Notes under the pieces: generated by a model
What the model saw: the letters and a program-made list of their open reading frames with translations, nothing else
What the model was told of the DNA's origin: nothing
Databases searched by the model: none
Translations under genes and position numbers: made by a program
Shown: positions 14,040 to 26,846 of the stretch, in pieces
Position numbering within the stretch: the first letter of the stretch is position 1
How the letters are laid out: each line of letters opens with the position of its first letter
Assembly (NCBI GenBank): GCA_051294375.1
Contig: CM119271.1
Span: 3,868,610 to 3,932,609, forward strand
Origin: Paraspadella gotoi
Taxonomy: Eukaryota; Animalia; Chaetognatha
Reading direction: 5' to 3'
DNA length: 64,000 nucleotides

Positions 14040-14096
14040 ATTTAAATGCTGATGAAAGACTCGAAAGTATAGAATCGAAACATGTCCGATTTAAAT
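14040..14096 (+). ncRNA. Minimal type I hammerhead ribozyme, copy 2
   Basis: TTTAAATG-CTGATGA(14049-14055)-AAGACTC..GAATC-GAAA-CATG-TC-CGATTTAAAT with palindromic ACATGT stem III and GUC site; its inverted partner at ~13950-14005 has decayed to CTAATAA. Confidence 0.75.
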
Positions 14097-14439
14097 AAAA
14101 ACAAAATTATTGTTGTCAAATAATGAATTTTCATTTTCCTCTAAATAACAAAAAAAAAAGATTAATACAATGTAAAAGTTTTTTAAAATTTTATAAAGTT
14201 AGACGATAAAATTGAAAAAAAAGATTTGTTTTAAAATGAAAGACAATTTTTAAAGCAACTTTTTCCAGGTCATTATCAAGTCAAATCATAACAATAAATA
14301 TAAAATTTGGATAAATAAATGTTTTAGGTTTTTACTATAGAAAAAATCTTCAGATTAAAAATATCTTCACAAGTTGCAAATGACAATTTGAAGTTGAGAC
14401 ATGGGGATAAATACATCACCGCGGGCTACTTCCCTCAAA

Positions 14440-15125
14440 CTAAACCTAACCCAGTTCCGTACATCTCCATGCCTTTCCCCAACCCTAACCCAGGTCTAGG
14501 CCTCCATACATTTCATGCCTCAACCCTAACCCCCTCGACTCGCTAACTGTGAGTGAAGGATGACATACTTGCCTACCCTAACCCTTTACCCGGCCTCTTG
14601 TTTATGTACATCTCTGTGCCTAAACCCAAACCTAACTGCCTTTGATGCATCACATGGGCTTTTTCCCTAACCCGAGCCTCTCGTTCACTCTATGCTTTTC
14701 TCCCAAATCTAACCCTAACTCGGGCCTAAGCTTCCCATATATCTCTGTGCCTAACCCTAACCTATCCGCTTTTGAGTCATAACAGTAAGCTCTCTCCCTA
14801 CCCTAACCCAGGCCTCCCATTCAACTTCATGCCTCTCTCCTAACCCTAACCTTAACCCAGGACCGGGGCTTCCCTTATATATTCGTACCTCAACTTTATT
14901 CCTTATATCCATTGCCAGTACCTCCTTAACCCTATGCCGGATTTTGTAAAATTTACCTTAAAATTGCATTAACCCTAACCATAACCTTAAACTACTTAAC
15001 TTTAAGCCTAACCCTAAATTACTCAACCCTAACCCTAATTATTACCAACTCAAAACTTAACCCTAAACCAAACCAACTCAACCCTAATCTAAGTTAAAAA
15101 ACTATCTCAACCCTAACCTTAACCA
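14440..15125. repeat. Degenerate CCCTAA (telomere-like) interspersed repeat tract
   Basis: Many AACCCTAACCC motifs interleaved with recurring TACATCTCTGTGCCT-like blocks (14460, 14507, 14608, 14738); not a pure telomeric array. Confidence 0.7.
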
Positions 15126-18100
15126 TAATTGAGTTTTAAGTAAAATCACCATAATGAGAATGCTAATATAATTTACAATTAAATTACCAAAAATGAGGAT
15201 GTCACCAAAAAAATAAAAAAAATATTTAGCTTATTATATTTAATATTTTTATTATAATTAATATTTTATATTATATTATAATATATAATATATTTTTAAT
15301 ATTAAAAATATATTATATATGTATGATAGTAAAATATAATCATTAATTATAATATTAAAAATAATAAATGTATAATATTTCTTCTTAACTTCATCTCTTG
15401 CGTGACCCCCTCATCCTCACTGTTTCGCCCGTACATTCTAACTCTGGCTCATAATCTCATACTTTGATGCTCTATTCTACAACTCTCATTGTCGCATCTA
15501 TATATCCTCTATAAACTCATTCAGAAAAAATTAATGTGTTAATAAAAGCGTTACGCCGGTTTTTTGACGATAGCCGCCATGTGATGGTTCAATAGTGTCA
15601 TAGATCTAATGAGACGTCTGGAGTAATTGGTACTATGGAAAAATTTAGAGGTTTTTTTAAGGTTTGAGTTGGTATATAATAACATAGGTGTTTTAGGCTA
15701 GTATGATCAAAAAATTTTAAAAGGTATAGTGCTCTTACAAAGGTTTTATAAGTAGTATTAAGTGGGTTATTTTGTTAGAAAGGGGGGCGTTAAATGCTCT
15801 CATTTATTATTAAAAGGTTTTAAGAATTATTTAAAGAATAATAAATCCGGGCAATTTTAGGGGTTAAAGAGGGGAGTACTTTGTGGTGCAATGACAGATC
15901 ATCATTAATAGTGTAATATAATAGTTTTTGAGGTGACGAATTGATCGTTAGTAAGGGAGAAGCCCAAAAGTCAGTCCTGGTTGTTAAGAAAAAGTTAGGT
16001 TAGATGGAGACAGAGGCAGTTTGTTGAAGTTGGAAAATGTATGAGAGCTCTAAGGGTAAATAGTGGATTTTTTAGGAAGTAGGATAAATCTTACTGGTTG
16101 GAATCGCATCTACACAAAAGGCGCGGCATATAGATGTATAGTGTGTATATAGGCATCATGTAGATAATAAATATGGGTAGAAAAGGCTTAGTCAACCGAC
16201 CGGTTAGGCCGTTTTAAGGATGGTGGGCGGGATTCAAAGAAAAGCATAGAAAAAAATTGAACGAGAGGCTCGGGTTAGGAAAAGCCCATGGTTGATGCAT
16301 CAAAGGCAGTAGGTTTGTTTAGGACACAGAGACTGTACATAAACAAGAGCCCGGGTAAGGGTTAGGGTAGGCAAGTATGTCATCCTTCACTCACAGTTAG
16401 CGAGTCGAAGGGGGTTAGGGTTGAGGCAGGGGAAATGTATGGGGGCCTAGACCGGGTTAGGGTTGGGGAAAGGCATGGAGATGTACGGGAAACTTGGGTT
16501 AGGGTTTAGTTTGAGGGAAGAGCCGCAGGTGATGTATTTATCCCCATGTCTCAACTTCAAATGTCATTTTGCAAACTTGTGAAGATATTTTTAATCTGAA
16601 AGATTTTTTCTATAGTAAAAACCTAAAACATTTATTTATCCAAATTTTATATTTATTGTTATGATTTGACTTGATAATGACCTGGAAAAAGTTGCTTTAA
16701 AATTGTCTTTCATTTTAAAACAAATCTTTTTTTTCATTTTATCGTCTAACTTATAAACATTTTTTAAAAAACTTTTACATTGTATTAATTCTTTCTTTTT
16801 TGTTATTTAGAGAGAAAAATGAAAATTCATTATTTGACAACAATAATTTGTTTTTATTTAAATCGGACAGTTTCGATTCTATAACTTTCGAGTCTTCATC
16901 AGCATTTAAATTTACAAACTCAATATTTAAAAACTGAAATGTTTTAAATTTAATGCTAATTAAAAACATGAAGTCCTAGAGTCGAAAAATGTCCGATTCA
17001 AATAACAACAAAAACATTGTTATCAATAACAAATTTTTGTTTTCTCTCCAAATAAAAACTTTTATATTAAAAAAGTATCAATATTAATATCTTCTGAAAG
17101 CTCTTGAAATTTGAAGAAAATAATATATTTAAGAATATTCTAACGTGAAAATAAGCCTAACCAGCTTTAGTTTTAATTAAGATAATCCAATGAAATAATA
17201 AAATACTAAATAATTTTTTAAATATCTGACTATTCTTACTATATGATCTACCAATTATTGTTTATATAAGTATCATAAAAAAGCTTAAAAAACTAAATTA
17301 AATAGTAATAATAATTTAATAATTTATTCAAAAACTGCTCTTAAGAATTTTAATTAATAATTATCTTTAAAGCTAGATAGGCTATTTTTTAATATACATT
17401 ATTTTTTAATTATGCCAATCTCTTTATATTTTTAAAAGCTTTCAGAATAATTAATATGATACCTTTTATTATTTTGTGTAAAATTTAAAAAAAGTTAGAA
17501 AAAAACAGATGAATAAAAAAAAAGTTTAAAATGAAACACCATTTTGAAAGCAACTTTTCTCTGCTCAGTGCCAAGTCAATCAAACCATCAATATAAAATT
17601 TGTTATATAAATGATTAGGATTTTATTACAGAAAACTTTTTCAGATAAAAAAAATTTACAAAATTTTGTAATAACGATTTTTTTTAGCGGCGGGCTGTTG
17701 TGTGTCACTTTTGTTGTAGAGTTAAAATACTAGGGTTAAGGTTTTTAGCTGGCATGAGATAAAGGTTAGGGTTAGGGCTAAAAAATGGCCTTGCTGTAAA
17801 ATGATGCAAGATTGCAATAAGATAAATTAATTAGGGTTAGGGTTTTTATTGGGTCATTTCAGGGTGAATTGGGAAGGCTTATTATATCACCATTATTCTG
17901 GCCACTGGCCAGTCCCTTTTCAAACCCTGAACTTGACCATCTTTTTGTCATTCACTAGTCCGACGCTTAATAAAAAAAGACTGACAGGATACCCGAGTAT
18001 GGTATTCCTTTCAGGCATATAATATATCCTCCATTTGCGCCGCCCGGCCGGGGGGGAGCCAGCTCATTTTGAGCTCTTTCTTACCTTACTTTAACTATCA

Positions 18101-21100
18101 CTTTACTTAACTATCCCTCACCACTTATTCTTTCCATTTCAAATTTCACGTTAATTCACTTTATTATTTATTTAGTTAGAACTATTTAATATATTTATTT
18201 TTGTTAAATATTAGTTTATCTTAGTTGTTAATTTAATTTATTCCACTATATCTCTGTTGTAATTACCACAATGTATTGATATTAATTTTTTCTCTCTCTC
18301 CTTCTCCTCTTTTAACTTTTCACAAATTTTGCCTCTTCTTCCTGTCTTCACCTTTAGCTGTCCTCACATCGGGCCACTGTCCTTACCCTATTCTTTGTTG
18401 GAAAAATCTCTCTCTCCCTCTCTAAAAACTTAACATTAACACGAAAAAAAATTGTTGTTTCAAAACTGGCTGATCTGAAGGCTCTAACCCTTGTGGAAGC
18501 CCGAACAAATATCCTGACTTAAAATGTTGTCAATAAAAATCGTTGTTCAAATTCAAAAACTGTTATCCCTTAATACTATGAAGAAGTAAACTAAATTATA
18601 GTTTTATGGTATATTTTTGGATTCATTAATTAAAAGTTAAAAATAAAAAGTATTATATTAAAGTAAATTTAAATTTTTTATCTTTTAAATAGATATGTTT
18701 CAACCCATATGTAACAAAAATTGCAAAGTATATAATAGGAAAAAAAATTAGTAAGCAAAATAACTTTTATTATTATTATTATTATTTAAAAAATATATAT
18801 TGAAAAGCTTGCCTTTAATCAGACTGCTGTATTAAGTAGCCAAAGCATATTCAGGGATAAAATTTTACTTCATAAAAAAATTGAAAGTATTTTATAATAA
18901 TTTAATAGATTAAAAATAAAGAATTATTATTATTTACTTAATCTTAGATATAATAAATATATGATATTAATTAATTATAAAAATAAAAAAATAGAAAAAT
19001 AGAAAATAGTAAAACAGTAAGGTTGAAAATTTTTATTAATTATAAAAATCAATATATATTTTTTAAATATTTTTTTTAATTTGATAATTATAATTCTATT
19101 TGATTTTTATGGAGCTGAGCCGGGCATTTTTATTTCGGCTCCGGCTCCAGCTCGGCTCCGGTCAAAAATTTTTTTCGGCTCCGGCTCCAGCTCCGGCTCA
19201 GCCAGATAAAAATTCTGCTCCGGCTCGGCTCCGGCAAAAAAGCTCGGCTCCGGCGGCTCAGCTCCGGCTCCGCTCCGGCTCCAACCCTGTTTATACTGTG
19301 AGGTCACCAGTGAGGTTATGGCCCCCCCGGATACAACCAGGGCTTTGCTTATATTGCTATAGTGAAGTCGCCAACCACAAAGAACAACAATTGTGGACTC
19401 ATGCGTGAATCGCCGGCAACATGCTATTTGATAAACTACAACTAGAGTTGGGTGAAGCTCAGAAATAAACAAAAAGCCTGGAGTTACAAGGTGTACACAA
19501 CAGCCTGCCCTAAAAAAAAATTGTCATTTGCAAACTTGTGAAGATATTTTAATCTAAAAGATTTTTTCTATCGTAAAAACCTAAATCATTTATATATCCA
19601 AATTTTATATTGATTGTTTATAATTGATTAGCAATGACCAGAAAAAAGTTGCTTTAAAAATTGTCTTTTATTTTAAAACAAATCTTTTAAAATTTTTTTG
19701 TCTAAATTTATTAACATTTTTTTTAAAAACTACATTTTTATTGTTTTTTGAATTATTTAGGAAAAACGAAAAATTCATTATTTGACAACAATAATTTTGT
19801 TTTTATTTAAATCAGTATGTTTCGACTCTATAACTTTTAGTCTTCATCAGCATTTAAATTTACAAACTCAATATTTAAAAACTGAAATGTTTATAAATTT
19901 AAATGCTGATGAAGAATATGAAGTCCTAGAGTGGAAACATGTCCGATTTAAATAAAACAAAATCATTGTTATCAATTAATAAATTTTTGTTTCTCTCCAA
20001 TAAGAACTTTTATATAAAAAGGTATCAATATAATATCTTCTGAAAGCTCTTAAAAATTTTAAAAAATAATATATTTAAGAATATTGAAACATTAAAAAAA
20101 GCCTAACCAGCTTAGTTTAATTAAATATCCAAATTGAATAATAAAATCCTAAAATAATTTTTTTAAAATATCTGACCTATTTTAACTGTGATCTTACCAA
20201 TTATTGTTTATATAAGTATGATAAAAAATTTTAAGAAAAACTAAATCAAAATAACTAACAATCATTAATAATTATTCAAAAACTGCTCTTTAAAAATTTT
20301 TAATTTAATAATTATCTTAAAGCTAGATAGGCTATTTATATTACAGTATTTTTAATTATGTCAATCTTTTTATATTTTTAAGAGCTTTCAGAAGATATTA
20401 ATATTGATACCTTTTTTATATAAAGTTTGTAAAAAAAATAGTTAAAAAGTTAAATAAACATATTGAAAAAAAAATTGAGTTTTAAAATGAAACACAATTG
20501 AAGACAACTTTCTCCGCTCAGTACCAAGTCAAATCAAAACCATAAATAAATGATTTAGGTTTTTATTACAGAAAAAAGTTTCAAATGAAAAAATTTTTAC
20601 AAATTTGCAAATAACATTTTTTTTTAGCGGCGGGCTGTTGTGTGTCACCTTGTAGGGTTTTAAAAAATATTAGGGTTAAGGTTTTAGCTTGGCATGATAA
20701 AAGGTTACGGGTTAGGGCTAAAAAAATGGCCTGCGTAAAATGATGTAAGATTATAAATAAGATAAATTAATTAGGGTTAAGGGTTTTTATTGGAGTTCAT
20801 TCACGGTGAATGGGAAGGCTTTATTATATCCCCATTATTCTGGCCAGTCCCTTTAACAAACCCTAAAAACTGTGGCCAATGCTTTTTGTCTATTACTTAG
20901 TCCGACTTAATATGCGATTTTATTCGAATACAACGAGGTGATTCAGTACAATCATCATCAAAAACAACAAACAAAGACAGACTAAGTCTAAGCAAAAAAA
21001 CATAAAATAATTAAAATATTTTAATTAAAAATTTAAACAATTAAAAATTGTTCTTATGTTGTAAAAAATGGAACAAGTTTCTGAAAACAGTATTTTTCAT

Positions 21101-21456
21101 TGTATATATCTTTGAGATAAAGGGTTTCTTACGATTATTAAAAATTGTAGATAGGTCTGTATCAAACATACTCCTAAGTTCTACTCACACTTTCCCATCG
21201 ATTATATCCAAAAATCTAAAAAGATTGATAGGATGCCCGAGTATGGTTATTCCTTTCAGGCATATAATATAGTATGAAAGAAGTAAACTAATATGATAAG
21301 TTTTATAGTATATTTTGAATTCATTAATTAAAAAGTTAAAAAATAAAAAGTATAATATTAGGTAATTTAGTTTTTATCTTTTAAATAGATATCTTCAACC
21401 ATATGTAACAAAAATTATATAAAAAGTATATAATATAAAAATTAGTAGCAAAATAA

Positions 21457-21503
<47 letters not shown>

Positions 21504-22595
21504 CTTATTAATTGTTCAAAAAATATATTATTGAAAAAGCTTTGCCTTAATCAGTCTGCAAATGGTTGCTGTATAAGTAAGCCAAAGCATATTAAAGGAT
21601 AAATTTTTACTTCATAAATATTTAAAAATTTAATAATTAAAAAAAAGGATTATTATTATTTACTTAATCTTATGTATAATAAAATATATGATATTATATA
21701 AATTATAAAATCAGATTATGTTTTTTTAAAATATTTTTTTAAATTTAATAATTATAATCTTATTTTATTTTTATGGAGCTGGAGCCGGGGCTTTTTATTT
21801 CGGCTCCGGCTCCAGCTCCGCTCCGGTCAAAAATTTTTTTTCGCTCCGGCTCCAGCTCCGGCTCCGGCCAGATAAAAATTCTCGCTCCGGCTCGGCTCCG
21901 GCTCGGCAAAAAAAGCCGGTCCGGCGGCTCCAGCTCCGGCTCCGGCTCCGGCTCCGGCTCCACATCCCTGCCACTAGGTTACCGGGTTCGATCCCAACCC
22001 GGTACCTACCCAGCGGAAGCATGAGGAGCCGTAAGCCGCCTTGGGGACATGGCAAACTCAGCTGGTTCCATGCCAGGACCCGTTCCATGGCTGTTAGAGG
22101 GGGTATAGAGTTACGGACAGTCATCTTCAGCCCACGTAAGCGCCTTCTCCACATATATTTATTATATGAAATTAGTACAACCCAATTGTTTGTACCAATT
22201 GGTTGTACTAATTTCATAGAAGTACAAAAGACTTATCACCTATCAAGTATTATCTAAAATAATTTAATATTTTATAAATTATGATGCCATCAAATTTCTG
22301 GTCTTGTAATCGCTTTTTTAGGTATCTCGTTACGGGCACAAAGTATTATACATATGAACATAAAGGTCTCATGATACATTACCTTACCTACAGATTTAAA
22401 CTTAATTGATACAATATTACCAGCTGCGGATCATTAAAGCGTTAGTTGGATAGACCCAATGGAACCGACCTAAAAGTCACTTGCACCACGAGAACTCTCT
22501 ATTGACGCACTGAAAAATACGAAGAAAAATCTGGTTTCTTCGCGATTCGAGTCTTAGAGCTTAATGCCATATTGTCTTCTTTTTTCTTTCACTCA

Positions 22596-22637
<42 letters not shown>

Positions 22638-23116
22638 CTTTCTCTCTCAAGGATATTTACGTTCCTTCAGCATCAATTTTTTTTTTTCCTTTCTTTCTTC
22701 TATTATCATTCAGATTTCTGATGTGACTGACAATCGTCGAACGAAGACGGTGTTTTTTTCTCTTATGTTCCTTTATTTCCGACGGATTTTTTTTGTTATT
22801 ATTATTATTATTATTTTATTCATTTTTTTCGTATTATTTCTGCTATTTCTTCATTTCTTTCTACATTTTTTTTTATTCCTTTATTGAATTATTCCTTTAT
22901 TATAGCGATCAATATTGACGAACCAGTTATAGTTAAAACTCCAGAAGGTTTTCAAAACACCATTTCTTTTTTCCGGTGGATTAAGTTGAAGACTGGGCCC
23001 GAGCTTATGCTGGTGAGGGCGGCTGCTATTTTGGGAAACCGGCTCGTATTTTGGCAAGAAGGGGCGAGAGGAAGTGAAGAAGAGTGATAGATAGATAATA
23101 GATAGATAGATAGGAA

Positions 23117-23161
<45 letters not shown>

Positions 23162-24774
23162 AAGAGAAATAGAAAATGAAGTCAAAGACTAGGAGAACAA
23201 AGAATGTAAAAAAAAACAAGACGGTAATTCAAATGTGTTGCGCCGAAGTGCTCCCTTATCACGTGTATTTCTCGTGACATGACATCACGTGACATAACAA
23301 TGAATATATGACTACAATAACTTATTAACTTTCTTAGCCCATATATTTAGGACATGCACTGCATTTAAACTCCATCTTTTATTCCTTATTGTTTTAGGAT
23401 TTCCTGAAGGTGACTCTAGCAGTCTCTTACATTTGAGGTTTTTTTCTGTCTTAACAAATGAGAAACCAACTATAGGCAAATTACATGCATTTTTTAACTT
23501 AAGTGGGACAGATCGACAGACAAACATGCCGACGGACCGACTAACCAAAGGACTGACCATCAGACAGACTGAAAAGTGACATAATAGAGTTGCTCCGAGA
23601 GTACTCACGGCACAACTCATAAAAAAAAGTCAAACAATCCTCGACATCATAACTTGCGTCGTTAGTTTTATCATCTTCATCCTCATTAATAGTCTTTGTC
23701 ACCGTCGCCTTTTCCCATATCCCCCCTTCCCTATCCCGCCCTCCCTATCCCGCCCTCCCCTATCCCCCTTTTCGAGGTATTTTCTGTCCAAACTCTCATT
23801 ATGTCATCGCCTTTTTGCCTTCACGAGTTCATCAACGATGAGAATGGCTTTGGGGAAACACGACAAATTTTTTAGTTGCTCCGTGAGTACTTGCGGAGCA
23901 ACTCTTTAAGTCATTTTGGTGGTTCTGTCTCTGTCTGTCGTTCTGTCTGTCTGTCGGTCGTATGTCTGTCGTTGGTCTGTCCCACTTACGTGAAAAACGC
24001 TTATTGTTTGCCATAGTTGTGTTCATTTTTAAGTCAGGAAAAAACCATCTAATGTGCTAGCTGGCCTTGGAAACCAGTCATCAGTTATGTCGTTCGTAGT
24101 ATACGTCATCTGTCATGTCATGTCATGTCATGTCATGTCATGTCACAAGAAATATACGAGATAAGGGCAGTCACTGCGGCGACAACAAATTCGAATTACC
24201 GTTCTTATTTTAAAAAAATCGGGAACATCAACATTTTTTTTTTGCAAGTTTACTTCTTCGCTGATTCTCTAAACTTTTGTTGCGTAATTGTTACAAACAA
24301 TGAAAATTATTTGTTCAAATGTCAATTACGGTACAATTTGTAGGAACGGTTTGTGTTGGAATCCTTTTGATATTCGGGATTTGCCCCAAAAATCGATCTT
24401 TCAGCAACGATACGAATCATGACGTAATTTGAGCTCCACTGTTTACTTTTTATTCTCATTCTGGTCTCTCATGATTTTTTTTTTGGTTTGCTAAAGAACT
24501 CTTTCTGTTTCCGTTGGTTGTTAATGTTTGTCATTATTATAAATTTGAAATGGAATCCACAGTCAGTCCACTAGAACTGAGGGTCCAAAGCTTTCGTTGA
24601 TCCTCGGCTTTTGATATTTAGATTTGATGATTCTGGGAAGGTTGGGAGCTAAAATACTAATAGAGTGATCAGTGATATATATATACTATATTAAGGCGTA
24701 GTAAAATTTCTAAATTTACTTAATTAAAATTCTAAAAATAAGAACGAACAACATTATACTAATGAACATTATAT

Positions 24775-25141
24775 AATAAAAAAAATTAATAAAAATTTTT
24801 ACAATTTACGCAGTAGGCATATTTATACTAGTACTAAACAATAAATGTTTAAAATTTTTCAAAACAGTTTTTTCTAAGATTTTTTTGCGTTTGATTCTCA
24901 TAAAAAGTGATAAAGAAATATAACTCTTTTTTGAAAAATTCCTTCATAAAGTGGGTCAAAAATTAGAAAAGCTATATTTAGCTGAAAATTAACTTTATAT
25001 ATATTAATATAGTTTTTTATTTTACCCACTTATGAAAGAATTTTAAAAAATGATTTATATTTTCTTCATTTTATAAGGATAGTACTATATATAAATATAG
25101 CCACTGCGAAAATTAAAAGCATAAAATTAATTTTTTTACAT
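24775..25141. mobile_element. Decayed palindromic MITE-like element
   Basis: TTTACGCAGTAGGCATATTTATACTAGTACTA pairs with TAGTACTATATATAAATATAGCCACTGCGAAA; TTCCTTCATAAAGTGGGT pairs with ACCCACTTATGAAAGAA. Confidence 0.55.
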
Positions 25142-25142
25142 A

Positions 25143-25780
25143 GTGAAAGAAAAAAAGAAGACAAAATGGCGATTAAGCTTCTAAGACTCGAAGTCGCGAA
25201 GAAACCAGATTTTTCTTCGTATTTTTCAGTTGCGTCAATCGAGAGTTCTCGCGGTGCAAGTGACTTTTAGGTCGGTCCATTGGTCTATCCAACTAACGCT
25301 TTAAATGATCCTGAGTCTGGTAATATTGTATCAATTAAGTTTAAATCTGTAGGTAAGGTAATGTATCATGAGACCTTTTATGTTCATATGTATAATACTT
25401 GTGCCGTAACGAGATGACCTAAAAAAGCGATTACAAGACCAGAAATTTGATGCATCATAATTTATAAAATATTAAATTATTTTAGATAATACTTGATAGG
25501 TTGATAAGTCTTTTGTACTTCTATGAAATTAGTACAACCAATTGGTACAACCAATTGGTTGTACTAATTTCATATATATAAATATATGTGGAGAAGGCGC
25601 TACGTGGGCTGAAGATGACTGTCCGTAACTTCTATAACCCCCTCTAACAGCCATGGAACGGGTCCCTGGGCATGGAACCAGGCTTGAGGGTTTGCCATGT
25701 CCCCAAGGCGGCTTACGGCTCCTCATGCTTCCCGCTGGGTAGGTACCGGGTTGGGATCGAACCCGGTACCTAGTGGCAGG
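25143..25780 (+). repeat. Extra direct copy of ~8369-8995 ending 4 nt into the hAT-like terminus
   Basis: GTGAAAGAAAAAAAGAAGACAAAATGGCG ... TACCTAGTGGCAGG, then an abrupt join to unit 2. Confidence 0.9.
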
Positions 25781-26312
25781 ACGACGGAGATTTGGATTCG
25801 AATACGTTTCCTCATTACTAATTTAATTTGTCATATTTCTCGGGTATAATCCCATTTTTTAGGCTTTTTCCGCATGGCATCCAGGCAGATTCGCGCATTT
25901 TATGCGAGAGAATCAAGCTCAATATTGTCTTTCACATTTCGTCAATTCCATCAAGAAAAAGGAACAAATGAAAATGGCCCCACATATGATTATATATCTT
26001 TTCATTCCCCGCGCTTTTTTTATTCTTATTGACTTTTATGTTTGTTAATCGGAAATGGTATTGAAGAAACTGTCATTAAAATTTATTTTTGTTTCACTTA
26101 CTACTAAGCATTCACCGTGCTCGTGAGTAAAAATATTTTCTCACTCTTTTTACGTAATATTCTTTAAAATTTTATTGATGATTTGTTGTCTTTTTTCAGA
26201 TTTTGCTACAAAACTTTGTCTGCACTTTATTCTACTATTTAAAGCAGAAACAGTATATTTTAGAATTAATTGTTAGAGAGAACAATAGGTTTTGATTTTA
26301 CAAACGATTTAT

Positions 26313-26370
26313 TGTTAAGAGACAACATGTTTCGGCTTGTTGCTTTTCAAGCCTTCATCACTAACACTAA
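26313..26370 (-). ncRNA. Degenerate hammerhead motif of a further Penelope-like family (also ~38477-38534)
   Basis: Minus strand: GTGATGA-A-GGCTTG..CAAGCC-GAAA-CATG-TT then CAATAAATCGTT; perfect 6-bp stem II, but core C is replaced by G. Confidence 0.55.
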
Positions 26371-26486
26371 ATAGCAACAAAAAAGAAAAGTATTACAAAT
26401 CAAGAATCAATTTGTATAATTATTTACATAATCTAGTCTAGAGAGCGATTCAAAGATACTACCTTGCTTCTCTGCCTTGGACATTT

Positions 26487-26546
<60 letters not shown>

Positions 26547-26809
26547 ACCTATTTTTATTCTTTGCAAATAGAAATAAGTATCGATTAATCGATTGTAGCA
26601 TTGACTATTGTTGTGGAATTGTTGTTTTTTATTAACGAACCTTTTTACTGTACCCAAAAGGTCATGCAGTCCGCAGAAAGCGTTCCCGGGCCGTATCCCT
26701 AGATCCATCATTCATTCATTCTCTCTCACTCTTTCTTTCTCTGCTCTTTTTCAACGTTTATAAATTTTTGCCCAATGCCCTAAATTCCATCTCATAGAAT
26801 CCAACATAT

Positions 26810-26814
<5 letters not shown>

Positions 26815-26846
<32 letters not shown>

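Larger units (their letters stand above)
11685..14388 (+). mobile_element. hAT-like composite element, copy 2 (diverged direct repeat of 8992-11460)
   Basis: Second CAGGGATGTGGAGC start at 11685, collinear with copy 1 including the MITE (from 13234, right TIR truncated ~14388); lacks ~9760-10060 and has an extra ~12400-12925. Mirror at ~16560-19289. Confidence 0.65.
8299..24685. repeat. Giant inverted duplication (fold-back), axis ~15350-15480
   Basis: 8299-15060 is mirrored by ~15650-22660 (e.g. CAGGGATGTG at 8992 vs CACATCCCTG ending 21970; 14400 vs ~16552); 22660-24685 further mirrors ~8000-8200 and ~3190-5015. Arms differ mainly by 1-bp indels. Confidence 0.93.

Noticed and set aside
14440-15125. 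True telomere
   Set aside because: Repeats are degenerate, interrupted and internal.
8992-21970. One 13-kb transposon with giant TIRs
   Set aside because: Flanks are mirror images (CCTAGTGG / CCACTAGG), not a direct TSD, and the symmetry extends far beyond the termini.
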